In this document: positions 26,183 to 35,306 of the stretch, one piece after another
Numbering within the stretch: position 1 is the first letter of the stretch
Layout of the letters: each line of letters opens with the position of its first letter
Source of the DNA: an uncultured Mucilaginibacter sp.
GTDB lineage: Bacteria > Bacteroidota > Bacteroidia > Sphingobacteriales > Sphingobacteriaceae
Direction: 5' to 3'
NCBI GenBank assembly: GCA_964241945.1
Contig: CAXTCH010000001.1
Span: 1 to 42,078, forward strand
DNA: 42,078 nt
Notes under the pieces: model-generated
Seen by the model: the letters and a program-made list of their open reading frames with translations, nothing else
The model's database searches: none
What the model was told of the DNA's origin: nothing
Position numbers and translations under genes: made by a program

Positions 26183-27616
26183 ATGAGTGAGAAAGAAGAA
26201 AACAAAGTACAACCAGGTACTACCCGTAGAGACTTTATCAAAACCGGCGCCATAGCTGCCGCTTCGTTCATGATTGTGCCACGCCATGTACTGGGTGGCA
26301 AGGGCTTTCGTGCACCCAGCGATATGTTAAATGTGGCCGGTATAGGTGCAGGCGGTAAAGGTGAAAGTGATATCGCCATGTTTGCAAAAAGTGGTAAAGC
26401 TAACATTGCGTATTTATGTGATGTGGATGATCGCCGTGCCGCAACTACGGTAAGAAATTTCCCGAAAGCAAAATATTATAAAGACTGGCGCCAGCTGCTG
26501 GAAAAAGAAGGTAAAAACTTTGATGCCGTATCTGTATCAACGCCGGATCATAACCATGCTATTATTGCACATCATGCCATGGCCATGGGCAAGCATGTGT
26601 ACGTGCAAAAGCCGTTAACGCATGATATTTGGGAAGCCCGTATGCTAACGGAGGCTGCCAAAAAGTATAAAGTGGTAACCCAGATGGGCAATCAGGGCGC
26701 TTCAAATGATGGCACCCGGTTACTGTCTGAATGGTACGATGCTGGCTTAGTGGGTGATGTGCATACCATTTATTGCTGGACCAACCGTCCGGTATGGCCG
26801 CAGGGCATTGCATGGCCTAAGCCCGACTCCAACATCCCGAAGGAACTGGATTGGGACTTGTGGCTGGGTACCGCACCTAAAAAAGATTATGTGGACAAAC
26901 TGGTTCCATTCAACTGGCGCGGTTGGTGGGATTATGGTACCGGAGCCTTAGGCGACATGGGTTGTCACCTGGTAGAAGCGCCATTCCGCGTATTGGGTCT
27001 CCAATATGTAAAAAGCGTACAGGCCAGTGTAGGCAGTATATATGTTGACGAATTTAAGAAAGGCGAATTTCCGGAAAGCTGCCCGCCTTCGAGCCACATT
27101 ACCTTGATATTTCCGAAAACAGCCAAAACGCAAGGTGATGTTACCGTGCATTGGATGGACGGAGGCATACAGCCCGAGCGCCCTGAAGAATTAGGAGCCA
27201 ATGAGCCTTGGGGCGGCGAGAACGGCAATGGTACTTTATTTATAGGTACTAAGGGTAAAATGTTCTCCAGCACTTATTCAGATGCGGCTACTTTGTTGCC
27301 TAAATCGCGCACGGCAGAAGTAAATGCACCGAAGAAATGGGCCCGTGTACCGGGTGGCGCTAACGGACACTATGCGCAGTGGGTGGAAGCTTGTTTAGCC
27401 GGCCATGGTAAAATGGAGGTAAGCTCACCTTTTGAGGTAGCCGGACCATTGACCGAAGCCTTGCTGATGGCTAACCTTGCTGTTCGCGGACATGACCTGC
27501 CGGGCGGGCAATTTAAGTACCAGTGGGATAATGCTGCAATGAAAGTAAGTAACTTTGATGCTGTAAACCAATATGTAAAACGTCAGTACCGCGAGGGCTG
27601 GAATTTCACTTCATAA
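26183..27616 (+). CDS. Tat-exported Gfo/Idh/MocA oxidoreductase, allele B (DAGLVGDVHTIYCW)
   Basis: Mirror of 14463-15896 except for 3 amino-acid and 13 nucleotide differences at 26659-26773. Confidence 0.9.
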   Translation: MSEKEENKVQPGTTRRDFIKTGAIAAASFMIVPRHVLGGKGFRAPSDMLNVAGIGAGGKGESDIAMFAKSGKANIAYLCDVDDRRAATTVRNFPKAKYYKDWRQLLEKEGKNFDAVSVSTPDHNHAIIAHHAMAMGKHVYVQKPLTHDIWEARMLTEAAKKYKVVTQMGNQGASNDGTRLLSEWYDAGLVGDVHTIYCWTNRPVWPQGIAWPKPDSNIPKELDWDLWLGTAPKKDYVDKLVPFNWRGWWDYGTGALGDMGCHLVEAPFRVLGLQYVKSVQASVGSIYVDEFKKGEFPESCPPSSHITLIFPKTAKTQGDVTVHWMDGGIQPERPEELGANEPWGGENGNGTLFIGTKGKMFSSTYSDAATLLPKSRTAEVNAPKKWARVPGGANGHYAQWVEACLAGHGKMEVSSPFEVAGPLTEALLMANLAVRGHDLPGGQFKYQWDNAAMKVSNFDAVNQYVKRQYREGWNFTS

Positions 27617-27699
27617 TTTTAACATAAGGCAGGTCAGCTATTTAAGTAGATCTGCCTTATCCATTAATTTAATACAAACTCATTCACTCATTAAATAAG

Positions 27700-28269
27700 A
27701 TGAATAGAAGAGATGCCATACAACGTGTTGCCCTGTTGATGGGCGGCACTATAATAGGAACTGAATTTTTCCTTTCAGGCTGTAAATCAGGCTCTGATAA
27801 AGTTGAAGAACTGTTTGATCAGGAGCATGTTGCCTTTTTTAACGAAGTAGGCGAAACAATATTACCTGCCACCAAAACTCCGGGCGCTAAAGACGCTAAC
27901 GTAGGGCAGTTTATGGCCGTGATGGTGCGCGACTGCTATGCACCAGAAGACCAGAAAGTATTCCTGACCAGCCGTTCGAAAATTGACGATGCCAGCAATA
28001 AGAAGTTCAGTAAAAAGTTCATGGAGCTAACGCCAGAGCAACGTACTGCAGTTTTGGTTGACCTAGACAAAGAACAGCAGGCTTATAGTAAAACCCAGAA
28101 ACCTAACACACCTAACCATTACTTCCGTATGGTGAAAGAGTTGACTTTATTAGGGTTCTTTACTTCCGAACCTGGTTGTACCAAAGCAATGCGCTATGTG
28201 CCGGTACCTGGTAAATTTATTGGTGATTACCCTTACAAAAAAGGTGATAAAGCATTTGCTTTAGCTTAA
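27700..28269 (+). CDS. Gluconate 2-dehydrogenase subunit 3 family (mirror copy)
   Basis: Identical to 13810-14379. Confidence 0.85.
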   Translation: MNRRDAIQRVALLMGGTIIGTEFFLSGCKSGSDKVEELFDQEHVAFFNEVGETILPATKTPGAKDANVGQFMAVMVRDCYAPEDQKVFLTSRSKIDDASNKKFSKKFMELTPEQRTAVLVDLDKEQQAYSKTQKPNTPNHYFRMVKELTLLGFFTSEPGCTKAMRYVPVPGKFIGDYPYKKGDKAFALA

Positions 28270-28293
28270 TTTGTAAGCGTACTTCTACCTGCA

Positions 28294-29448
28294 ATGAGAT
28301 TACGATTAGGCATGATCGGCGGCGGGCAAGGTGCCTTTATCGGCGCTGTACACCGCATCGCTGCACGCATGGATGATGAATATGAGCTGGTATGCGGTGC
28401 TTTCAGCAGTAATCCCGAAAAATCACATGCCAGCGGTTTACTGCTCAATGTACCTGAAAGCCGGATATACAATTCCTATCAGGAACTGATTGAGAAGGAG
28501 AACCAGCTTCCGGCGGAAACAAGAGTGCAGGTAATTAGTATTGTAACCCCCAACCATGTGCATTTTGAGCCAACTAAGATGGCGCTGGAAAATGGTTACC
28601 ATGTCATACTGGATAAGCCGGCAACTTTCAACCTGCAGGAGGTAAAGGAGTTAGCCCGGGTAATTGAAGCTACAGGTAATTTGTTTTGCTTAACACATAC
28701 GTATACTGGTTATCCTATGGTTAAGGAAGCTAAACAAATCATCGCTTCTGGTCAACTGGGCGCTGTGCGTAAAGTATATATAGAATATCCTCAGGGATGG
28801 TTGAGTAATTTTGAGGAAGGCAGTGATAACAAACAAGCGGCATGGCGAACCGACCCTGCAAAAAGCGGCATCGCCGGCGCTATGGGTGATATTGGTACAC
28901 ACGCTTTCAACTTAGCTGAATATGTAAGCGGTTTGCAGGTTACCCATTTATGTGCCGACATCAATGTAATTGTAAGTGGCCGTAAACTGGATGACGACGG
29001 CGCAGCTTTATTGAAGTTTACAGAAAATGCCAGCGGTGTTTTATTTGCTACGCAAATTGCTGCCGGCGAAGAAAATAAAGTTAAAGTAAGAGTATACGGT
29101 GAAAAGGGTGGTTTGGAATGGCATCAGGAAGACGCAAACTCTTTATATATCAAGTGGGCAGACCAACCAACAGAAATACGGCGAACTGGTGGCAGTTACA
29201 ACAGCAGCTTTGCAGGGCATAATACGCGTACACCGGCTGGGCATCCTGAAGGATATCTGGAGGCATTCGCCAACCTTTACCGCAATTTCGCTTTAACTGT
29301 AAAAGCCAAACTTAACCATGAAATAACCCAACCGGAACGGTTAGACTACCCCGGTATACAAGAGGGGATACGTGGTATGGCTTTTATTGAGAATATAATC
29401 GCTTCGGGTCTGTCAGACCGGAAATGGACAGTATTTAAAACTGAATAA
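28294..29448 (+). CDS. Gfo/Idh/MocA oxidoreductase (mirror copy)
   Basis: Identical to 12631-13785. Confidence 0.88.
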   Translation: MRLRLGMIGGGQGAFIGAVHRIAARMDDEYELVCGAFSSNPEKSHASGLLLNVPESRIYNSYQELIEKENQLPAETRVQVISIVTPNHVHFEPTKMALENGYHVILDKPATFNLQEVKELARVIEATGNLFCLTHTYTGYPMVKEAKQIIASGQLGAVRKVYIEYPQGWLSNFEEGSDNKQAAWRTDPAKSGIAGAMGDIGTHAFNLAEYVSGLQVTHLCADINVIVSGRKLDDDGAALLKFTENASGVLFATQIAAGEENKVKVRVYGEKGGLEWHQEDANSLYIKWADQPTEIRRTGGSYNSSFAGHNTRTPAGHPEGYLEAFANLYRNFALTVKAKLNHEITQPERLDYPGIQEGIRGMAFIENIIASGLSDRKWTVFKTE

Positions 29449-29454
29449 CTTTCT

Positions 29455-30510
29455 ATGGTAACAATCAAAGGCCCGGCTATTTTTATCGCTCAATTTATCG
29501 GAGATCAGGCCCCGTTTAACGGCTTGAAAGAGATATGCGAGTGGGCTGCCGGCTTAGGTTATAAAGGCGTCCAGTTACCCACACAGGATGCACGTTTTAT
29601 AGATTTGCAAAAAGCTGCTGAAAGCAAGGATTATGGTGACGAAATTGTCGGTATTGCCAAAGAAGCCGGCGTGGAAATTACAGAGCTTTCTACCCATTTG
29701 CAGGGACAATTAGTCGCCGTGAACCCGGTATACGATCAGTTGTTTGATGGTTTTGCTCCGCAGCAAGTACGCAACAACCCTTCAGCGCGTACAGATTGGG
29801 CTGTTCAGCAATTAAAATATGCAGCTAAAGCTTCGCAAAATTTGGGTTTACAGGCGCATGTTACGTTTAGCGGCGCTTTCCTGTGGCCTATGGTATATCC
29901 CTGGCCGCAACGCCCGGCGGGTTTGGTTGAAACTGGTTTTACCGAGTTGGCCAGGCGTTGGGAACCTATTCTGAACACTTTTGACGAGCACGGCATCGAC
30001 CTTTGCTATGAAATTCATCCCGGCGAGGATTTGCATGACGGCGTTACCTACGAGATGTTTTTGGACAAGGTAAACCAGCACCCGAGAGCCTGCCTTTTAT
30101 ACGACCCGTCGCATTTTGTTTTGCAGGCATTAAATTACCTGGATTATATCGATATCTATCATGAGCGCATTAAAATGTTCCATGTAAAAGATGCTGAATT
30201 TAATCCTACAGGTAAACAAGGTGTGTACGGAGGTTATCAGGACTGGGTAAACCGTGCGGGTCGCTTCCGTTCACTGGGCGATGGTCAGGTAGACTTTAAA
30301 GCGATCTTTAGCAAAATGGCGCAGTATGATTTCCCTGGATGGGCAGTACTCGAGTGGGAATGTGCGCTCAAACATCCGGAAGATGGTGCGCGTGAAGGGG
30401 CACAATTTATCAAAGAACATATTATTCATGTAACTGATCGTGTATTTGATGACTTTGCAGCATCAGGCACGGACGAGTCATTAAATAAAAAAACATTAGG
30501 CATACAATAA
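29455..30510 (+). CDS. Sugar phosphate isomerase/epimerase TIM barrel (mirror copy)
   Basis: Identical to 11569-12624. Confidence 0.86.
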   Translation: MVTIKGPAIFIAQFIGDQAPFNGLKEICEWAAGLGYKGVQLPTQDARFIDLQKAAESKDYGDEIVGIAKEAGVEITELSTHLQGQLVAVNPVYDQLFDGFAPQQVRNNPSARTDWAVQQLKYAAKASQNLGLQAHVTFSGAFLWPMVYPWPQRPAGLVETGFTELARRWEPILNTFDEHGIDLCYEIHPGEDLHDGVTYEMFLDKVNQHPRACLLYDPSHFVLQALNYLDYIDIYHERIKMFHVKDAEFNPTGKQGVYGGYQDWVNRAGRFRSLGDGQVDFKAIFSKMAQYDFPGWAVLEWECALKHPEDGAREGAQFIKEHIIHVTDRVFDDFAASGTDESLNKKTLGIQ

Positions 30511-30527
30511 TCAATTCACTCTAACAC

Positions 30528-30971
30528 ATGAAAAAGGTATTAATAGTTTTGGCTTTAAGTTCGGTATTAGCAGCCTGCGGCCGCGGTGGTGGCAGCAGTG
30601 ACAATACCCAGGATAGCGCCCAGGCCAGTGATCACACCGGCAAATATCAATCGGGCGGTAATTATGACTCGACAAGAGCTGATATCGGCTCAACGAATGC
30701 TGGTACAGGAATGAGCAAACCGAGCGATCCGGGCGCACAGCTCATTGCCAAAAGTGACTGTTTAGGTTGCCATAAAGAACACGAAAAGCTGGTAGGACCT
30801 TCCTATGCTGATGTAGCAAAAAAATATACCGATAAAGACATGGATATGCTGGCCGAGCACATCATTAAGGGTGGCGCTGGTCATTGGGGCGATGTACCTA
30901 TGTCAGCTCACCCTCAGCTGTCACCCGACTCGGCTAAACTGATGGTAAAATATATTTTATCAGTTAAATAA
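30528..30971 (+). CDS. c-type cytochrome lipoprotein (mirror copy)
   Basis: Identical to 11108-11551. Confidence 0.88.
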   Translation: MKKVLIVLALSSVLAACGRGGGSSDNTQDSAQASDHTGKYQSGGNYDSTRADIGSTNAGTGMSKPSDPGAQLIAKSDCLGCHKEHEKLVGPSYADVAKKYTDKDMDMLAEHIIKGGAGHWGDVPMSAHPQLSPDSAKLMVKYILSVK

Positions 30972-31003
30972 GCGCTTTCACTAACCCCATAAACCTAAAA
31001 ACC

Positions 31004-32260
31004 ATGACCGCTACCATCAAAGCTAAGTTATCTATCATGATGTTCCTGGAGTTTTTCATCTGGGGTGCATGGTTTGTAACGCTGGGCACTTATCTTGCAA
31101 AAACCATACGGGCTACGGATGTGCAAAATGCAGTAGCTTATGCTACACAATCGTTTGGTGCTATCATCGCTCCGTTTATTATAGGGCTTATTGCCGATAA
31201 GTTTTTTTCCGCGCAACGTATACTTGGTGTTCTTCACCTGATTGGCGGCGGCTTGTTATGGTATATTACTACCATTTCCAATTTCGATAACTTCTATCCG
31301 GTGTTGCTGCTATACATGATTCTGTATATGCCTACGCTTGCACTGGTTAATTCAGTTGCTTTCAGGCAAATGACTAACCCGAGTAAGGAATTTCCGCCGA
31401 TACGTGTATTAGGCACTTTAGGATGGATTGTAGCGGGATTAACTATCGGCTGGCTGGGATGGGAGCAGAGCGGCAGCCTGGTACTTACTTTCAAGATGGC
31501 AGGTACCGCATCTTTAATATTAGGCTTTCTGAGCTTCACGCTTCCCGATACCCCTCCGATAAAAAAAGGATTAAAAACATCAATCGGAGATATTTTAGGA
31601 TTGGATGCTATCGGGCTGCTAAAAAACAAATCGTATTTAGTGTTTTTCATAGCATCCATAGCAATTTGCGTACCCCTGGCATTTTATTATAATTTCACCA
31701 ACCCTTTCCTAAATGAAATCGGGATGAAAGGTGCTGCCAGTAAGCAGGCTTTAGGGCAGTTTTCCGAATTATTATTCATGGCATTGATGTCATTTTTCTT
31801 TGTTCGTTTAGGTGTAAAAAAAATGCTGGCGGTGGGTATGCTGGCTTGGGTATTGCGTTATGTCATGTTTGCTTATGGAAACATCGACGCAAACTACTGG
31901 ATGCTGATTGGCGGCATCATATTACATGGTGTATGCTATGACTTCTTCTTTGTAACGGGGCAAATTTATACAGATAACTTAGCCGGCGAACAATTCAAAA
32001 GTGCTGCTCAGGGCTTTATCACCCTGGCTACCTATGGTGTGGGCATGTTGATCGGCTCATACATTTCAGGTCCGATTGTGGAAAGTCATAAAATTTCCGC
32101 TACTATGCACAACTGGCAAGCTGTTTGGCTGATTCCTGCTGGTATAGCTGCTGTGGTGTTATTATTATTCCTGCTGTTTTTCCGCGACCGTAATCAAATT
32201 GCTCAAAATGTTACTGACGCAGCTTTGGGTGCTGATAAAGATGTTCGCCTGGAAGTTTAA
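31004..32260 (+). CDS. MFS nucleoside permease family transporter (mirror copy)
   Basis: Identical to 9819-11075. Confidence 0.88.
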   Translation: MTATIKAKLSIMMFLEFFIWGAWFVTLGTYLAKTIRATDVQNAVAYATQSFGAIIAPFIIGLIADKFFSAQRILGVLHLIGGGLLWYITTISNFDNFYPVLLLYMILYMPTLALVNSVAFRQMTNPSKEFPPIRVLGTLGWIVAGLTIGWLGWEQSGSLVLTFKMAGTASLILGFLSFTLPDTPPIKKGLKTSIGDILGLDAIGLLKNKSYLVFFIASIAICVPLAFYYNFTNPFLNEIGMKGAASKQALGQFSELLFMALMSFFFVRLGVKKMLAVGMLAWVLRYVMFAYGNIDANYWMLIGGIILHGVCYDFFFVTGQIYTDNLAGEQFKSAAQGFITLATYGVGMLIGSYISGPIVESHKISATMHNWQAVWLIPAGIAAVVLLLFLLFFRDRNQIAQNVTDAALGADKDVRLEV

Positions 32261-32265
32261 ACTTA

Positions 32266-33162
32266 ATGTACCAATTCATGTCAAATCATCAAACGCGCAG
32301 AGCGGTTATTAAAAATATGCTGGCAGGTACGGCGGCGTTCGGCGTGTCGGGTAAACTCCAGCCCTTTACCATGAATGAAGCGGAAGAAGAATATCATTTT
32401 AAAGGTGACATCAACCAATCAGTAAGTCATTGGTGCTTCAGTGAGCTTACTTTAGATGAGCTTTGTATAGAGGCCAAAAAAATAGGTATCCGCGGAATTG
32501 ATTTGTTAGGGCCTAAAGAATGGCCGACAGTAAAAAAGCATGGATTGGAATCGCCTATTTGCAATGGTGCCGAAATTAACCTTACGGATGGTTTTAATGA
32601 TAAGCGCTTCCATGCAACGCTGATTAAAAATTATACGGATATGATTCCGCTGGTGGCTAAAGCGGGATATAAAAATTTGATTTGTTTTAGCGGCAGCCGC
32701 AGGGGAATGGATGACGAGACCGGCTTAAAAAATTGTGAGGAAAGCCTAAAGCAAATATTACCCCTGGCCGAAAAGTATGGTGTTATACTGGTAATGGAAC
32801 TGCTCAATAGTAAGAAAGATCATAAAGATTATATGTGCGACCGCCCGTATTGGGGTGCCGAATTGGCTAAACGCACAGGGTCGGAAAATTTCAAACTCTT
32901 GTTTGATATCTATCACATGCAGGTGCAAAATGGCGACATCATTCAAAACATAAATGATTATCATCAATACATAGCGCATTATCATACCGCAGGCGTACCG
33001 GGCAGGCATGAAATTGATGATACTCAGGAGCTGTATTACCCGGCAGTGATGCGTGCTATCAAGGCAACCGGCTTTAAAGGCTTTGTGGGACAGGAGTTTG
33101 TACCAGCCCGTAAAGATAAATTGGCTTCACTGAAACAAGCGGTGCAGATTTGTGACGTATAG
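32266..33162 (+). CDS. Hydroxypyruvate isomerase-like TIM barrel (mirror copy)
   Basis: Identical to 8917-9813. Confidence 0.83.
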   Translation: MYQFMSNHQTRRAVIKNMLAGTAAFGVSGKLQPFTMNEAEEEYHFKGDINQSVSHWCFSELTLDELCIEAKKIGIRGIDLLGPKEWPTVKKHGLESPICNGAEINLTDGFNDKRFHATLIKNYTDMIPLVAKAGYKNLICFSGSRRGMDDETGLKNCEESLKQILPLAEKYGVILVMELLNSKKDHKDYMCDRPYWGAELAKRTGSENFKLLFDIYHMQVQNGDIIQNINDYHQYIAHYHTAGVPGRHEIDDTQELYYPAVMRAIKATGFKGFVGQEFVPARKDKLASLKQAVQICDV

Positions 33163-33201
33163 GCATTAAATACTAACCAATCAAAAACCAAAATATAAAA
33201 C

Positions 33202-34083
33202 ATGACAACCACCAGAAGAACATTTTTAGCTCAGGCAGGATTAGTGTCTGCCGCCGCACTGCTTAAACCATCGCTCTCATTGGCTGCAGCCCCGGTTAAA
33301 AAAGTAGGCATTCAACTATATACCTTGCGCGATCAATTACCTAAGGATTTAAAGGGCGCCATTGCACAGGTAGCCAAAGCCGGTTATCAGGAGGTGGAAA
33401 CCTTTGGTTATGATATGAAGAGTGGTTTCTGGGGATTAAACTCAAAAGAGTTTAGCAGTCTGCTCAAATCGCATGGCTTAACCACTGCCAGCGGGCACTA
33501 TGATTTAAATGCTTTTTTCAAAGATGGCAGTCGTCAGCAACTCGACGAATATATTAAGGTAGCACACACCACCGGTCAAACCTATTTGATTGTTCCTTCA
33601 TTAAACGAAAGCCTGATCCGGACCAAGGCCGACTTTATGAAAGTGGCTGAAAATATGAATAAACTGGCAGAAGCCATTAAGAAAGAAGGGCTGAAGGTAG
33701 GTTACCACAACCATAATTTTGAATGGAAACCGGTTGAAGGTACCACTTTTTACGACACTTTACTTAAATATACCGACCCTGCATTAGTGCATATGGAAAT
33801 GGATATTTATTGGGTGGTACGCGCAGGACAGGATCCGATAAAAATTCTGAAAGCGCACAAAGGCCGCTATGCGTTTGTGCATGTAAAGGACCGGGATAAA
33901 TCGAATCCGGATACCACTACCGAAATCGGCAAAGGAGATATCGACTTTAAGGCTATCATTCCGCAGGCAGAAGCTGCCGGGGTGCATCACTTTATCATGG
34001 AGCAGGAAAATTTCACCAACATTGATCCATTTGTGAGTATAGCTGAAAGCGCTTCTTACATGAAAAAATCGTTAAAGCTCTAA
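33202..34083 (+). CDS. Tat-exported sugar phosphate isomerase/epimerase (mirror copy)
   Basis: Identical to 7996-8877. Confidence 0.86.
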   Translation: MTTTRRTFLAQAGLVSAAALLKPSLSLAAAPVKKVGIQLYTLRDQLPKDLKGAIAQVAKAGYQEVETFGYDMKSGFWGLNSKEFSSLLKSHGLTTASGHYDLNAFFKDGSRQQLDEYIKVAHTTGQTYLIVPSLNESLIRTKADFMKVAENMNKLAEAIKKEGLKVGYHNHNFEWKPVEGTTFYDTLLKYTDPALVHMEMDIYWVVRAGQDPIKILKAHKGRYAFVHVKDRDKSNPDTTTEIGKGDIDFKAIIPQAEAAGVHHFIMEQENFTNIDPFVSIAESASYMKKSLKL

Positions 34084-34107
34084 TTGTAATCAATAAATAA
34101 TCTACAT

Positions 34108-34881
34108 ATGAAAAAACAGATTTGGGTACTTTCCGCTTTATTAGCTGGCAGTACATATATGGCACACGCTCAGCAATATACCAAACCCGAAGACACTGAA
34201 ATTTATAAGCCGGTTCCCCCAAAGGTAACTCCCGGAAACTATGTGAATGATGCGCCTTCGGATGCCATCCGTTTATTTGACGGTAAAAATTTAGATCAGT
34301 GGGTAACTACGGCAGATCGCAGTAAACCGGCCGACTGGAAAGTGGCTGATGGCATACTGACAGTAAATAAAGCCTCGGGAAACATCGAAACTAAACAGGC
34401 TTTTACCAATTACCAGTTGCACATTGAGTGGCGCATACCTTCAAACATTACCGGTACCGGTCAGGCAAGGGGTAACAGCGGTGTATTTTTAGCCTCTATA
34501 GGCAAGGGCGATGCTGGTTACGAGTTGCAGGTGCTGGATTCATATCAAAATGAAACTTATACCAATGGTATGGCCGGAAGTATATATAAGCAGTTTGTTC
34601 CGTTGGCTAATCCGGCGCGCAAACCGGGCGAATGGCAAAGTTATGATGTGATCTGGACAGCGCCTACTTTTAGCGGCGATGGCTCAATGAAAACGCCGGC
34701 ACGTGTAACCGTATTGTTCAACGGCGTATTGGTAGAAAACAATATCGAATTGAAAGGACCAACTCTATATATTGGTCAGCCGCATTATCAGCAGCATGGC
34801 CCGGCTCCTATAAAGTTGCAGGCGCATGGAGATAAAAGCGAACCTTTAAGTTACAGAAATATCTGGGTACGGGAACTATAA
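34108..34881 (+). CDS. DUF1080 / 3-keto-disaccharide hydrolase family (mirror copy)
   Basis: Identical to 7198-7971. Confidence 0.88.
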   Translation: MKKQIWVLSALLAGSTYMAHAQQYTKPEDTEIYKPVPPKVTPGNYVNDAPSDAIRLFDGKNLDQWVTTADRSKPADWKVADGILTVNKASGNIETKQAFTNYQLHIEWRIPSNITGTGQARGNSGVFLASIGKGDAGYELQVLDSYQNETYTNGMAGSIYKQFVPLANPARKPGEWQSYDVIWTAPTFSGDGSMKTPARVTVLFNGVLVENNIELKGPTLYIGQPHYQQHGPAPIKLQAHGDKSEPLSYRNIWVREL

Positions 34882-34902
34882 GGAACCCTTAAACCTATAC
34901 TG

Positions 34903-34941
34903 AAAAAGCCTGATTGCTGTTGTTGCAATCAGGCTTTTTTT
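34903..34941 (+). terminator. Intrinsic terminator (mirror copy)
   Basis: GCCTGATTGC-TGTTGTT-GCAATCAGGC-T7. Confidence 0.85.
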
Positions 34942-35306
34942 GTGGGAAAACATATTAAAGCGCATCATCTAACTGCTCAAGATTTAAAGGTCACTGAAAG
35001 AGCAATGGTTAAGCGACTTAAGTGTGAGTGGTAGCCGTAGTTAAAAACATTGATTGAATAAATATTTATGCTGATTTCCAGAAATAAATTTAAATAATAG
35101 TAACAATGTTGTTATTCTTCACTTGTTAATGTCACTAAAACAGTTATAGCAAACCAATTGAGAATTGGGTTGTACTATAAATATACAAAGAGATATTGTT
35201 ACAAGTACAAAGTTGCGATGTGTAAAAGGAAGATTTAAATGTGCGGCCGGCACGCAACTTTTTGAGAAAAGGCTGTTATCTGTTTTGGTAATTTATAATT
35301 ATAAGT

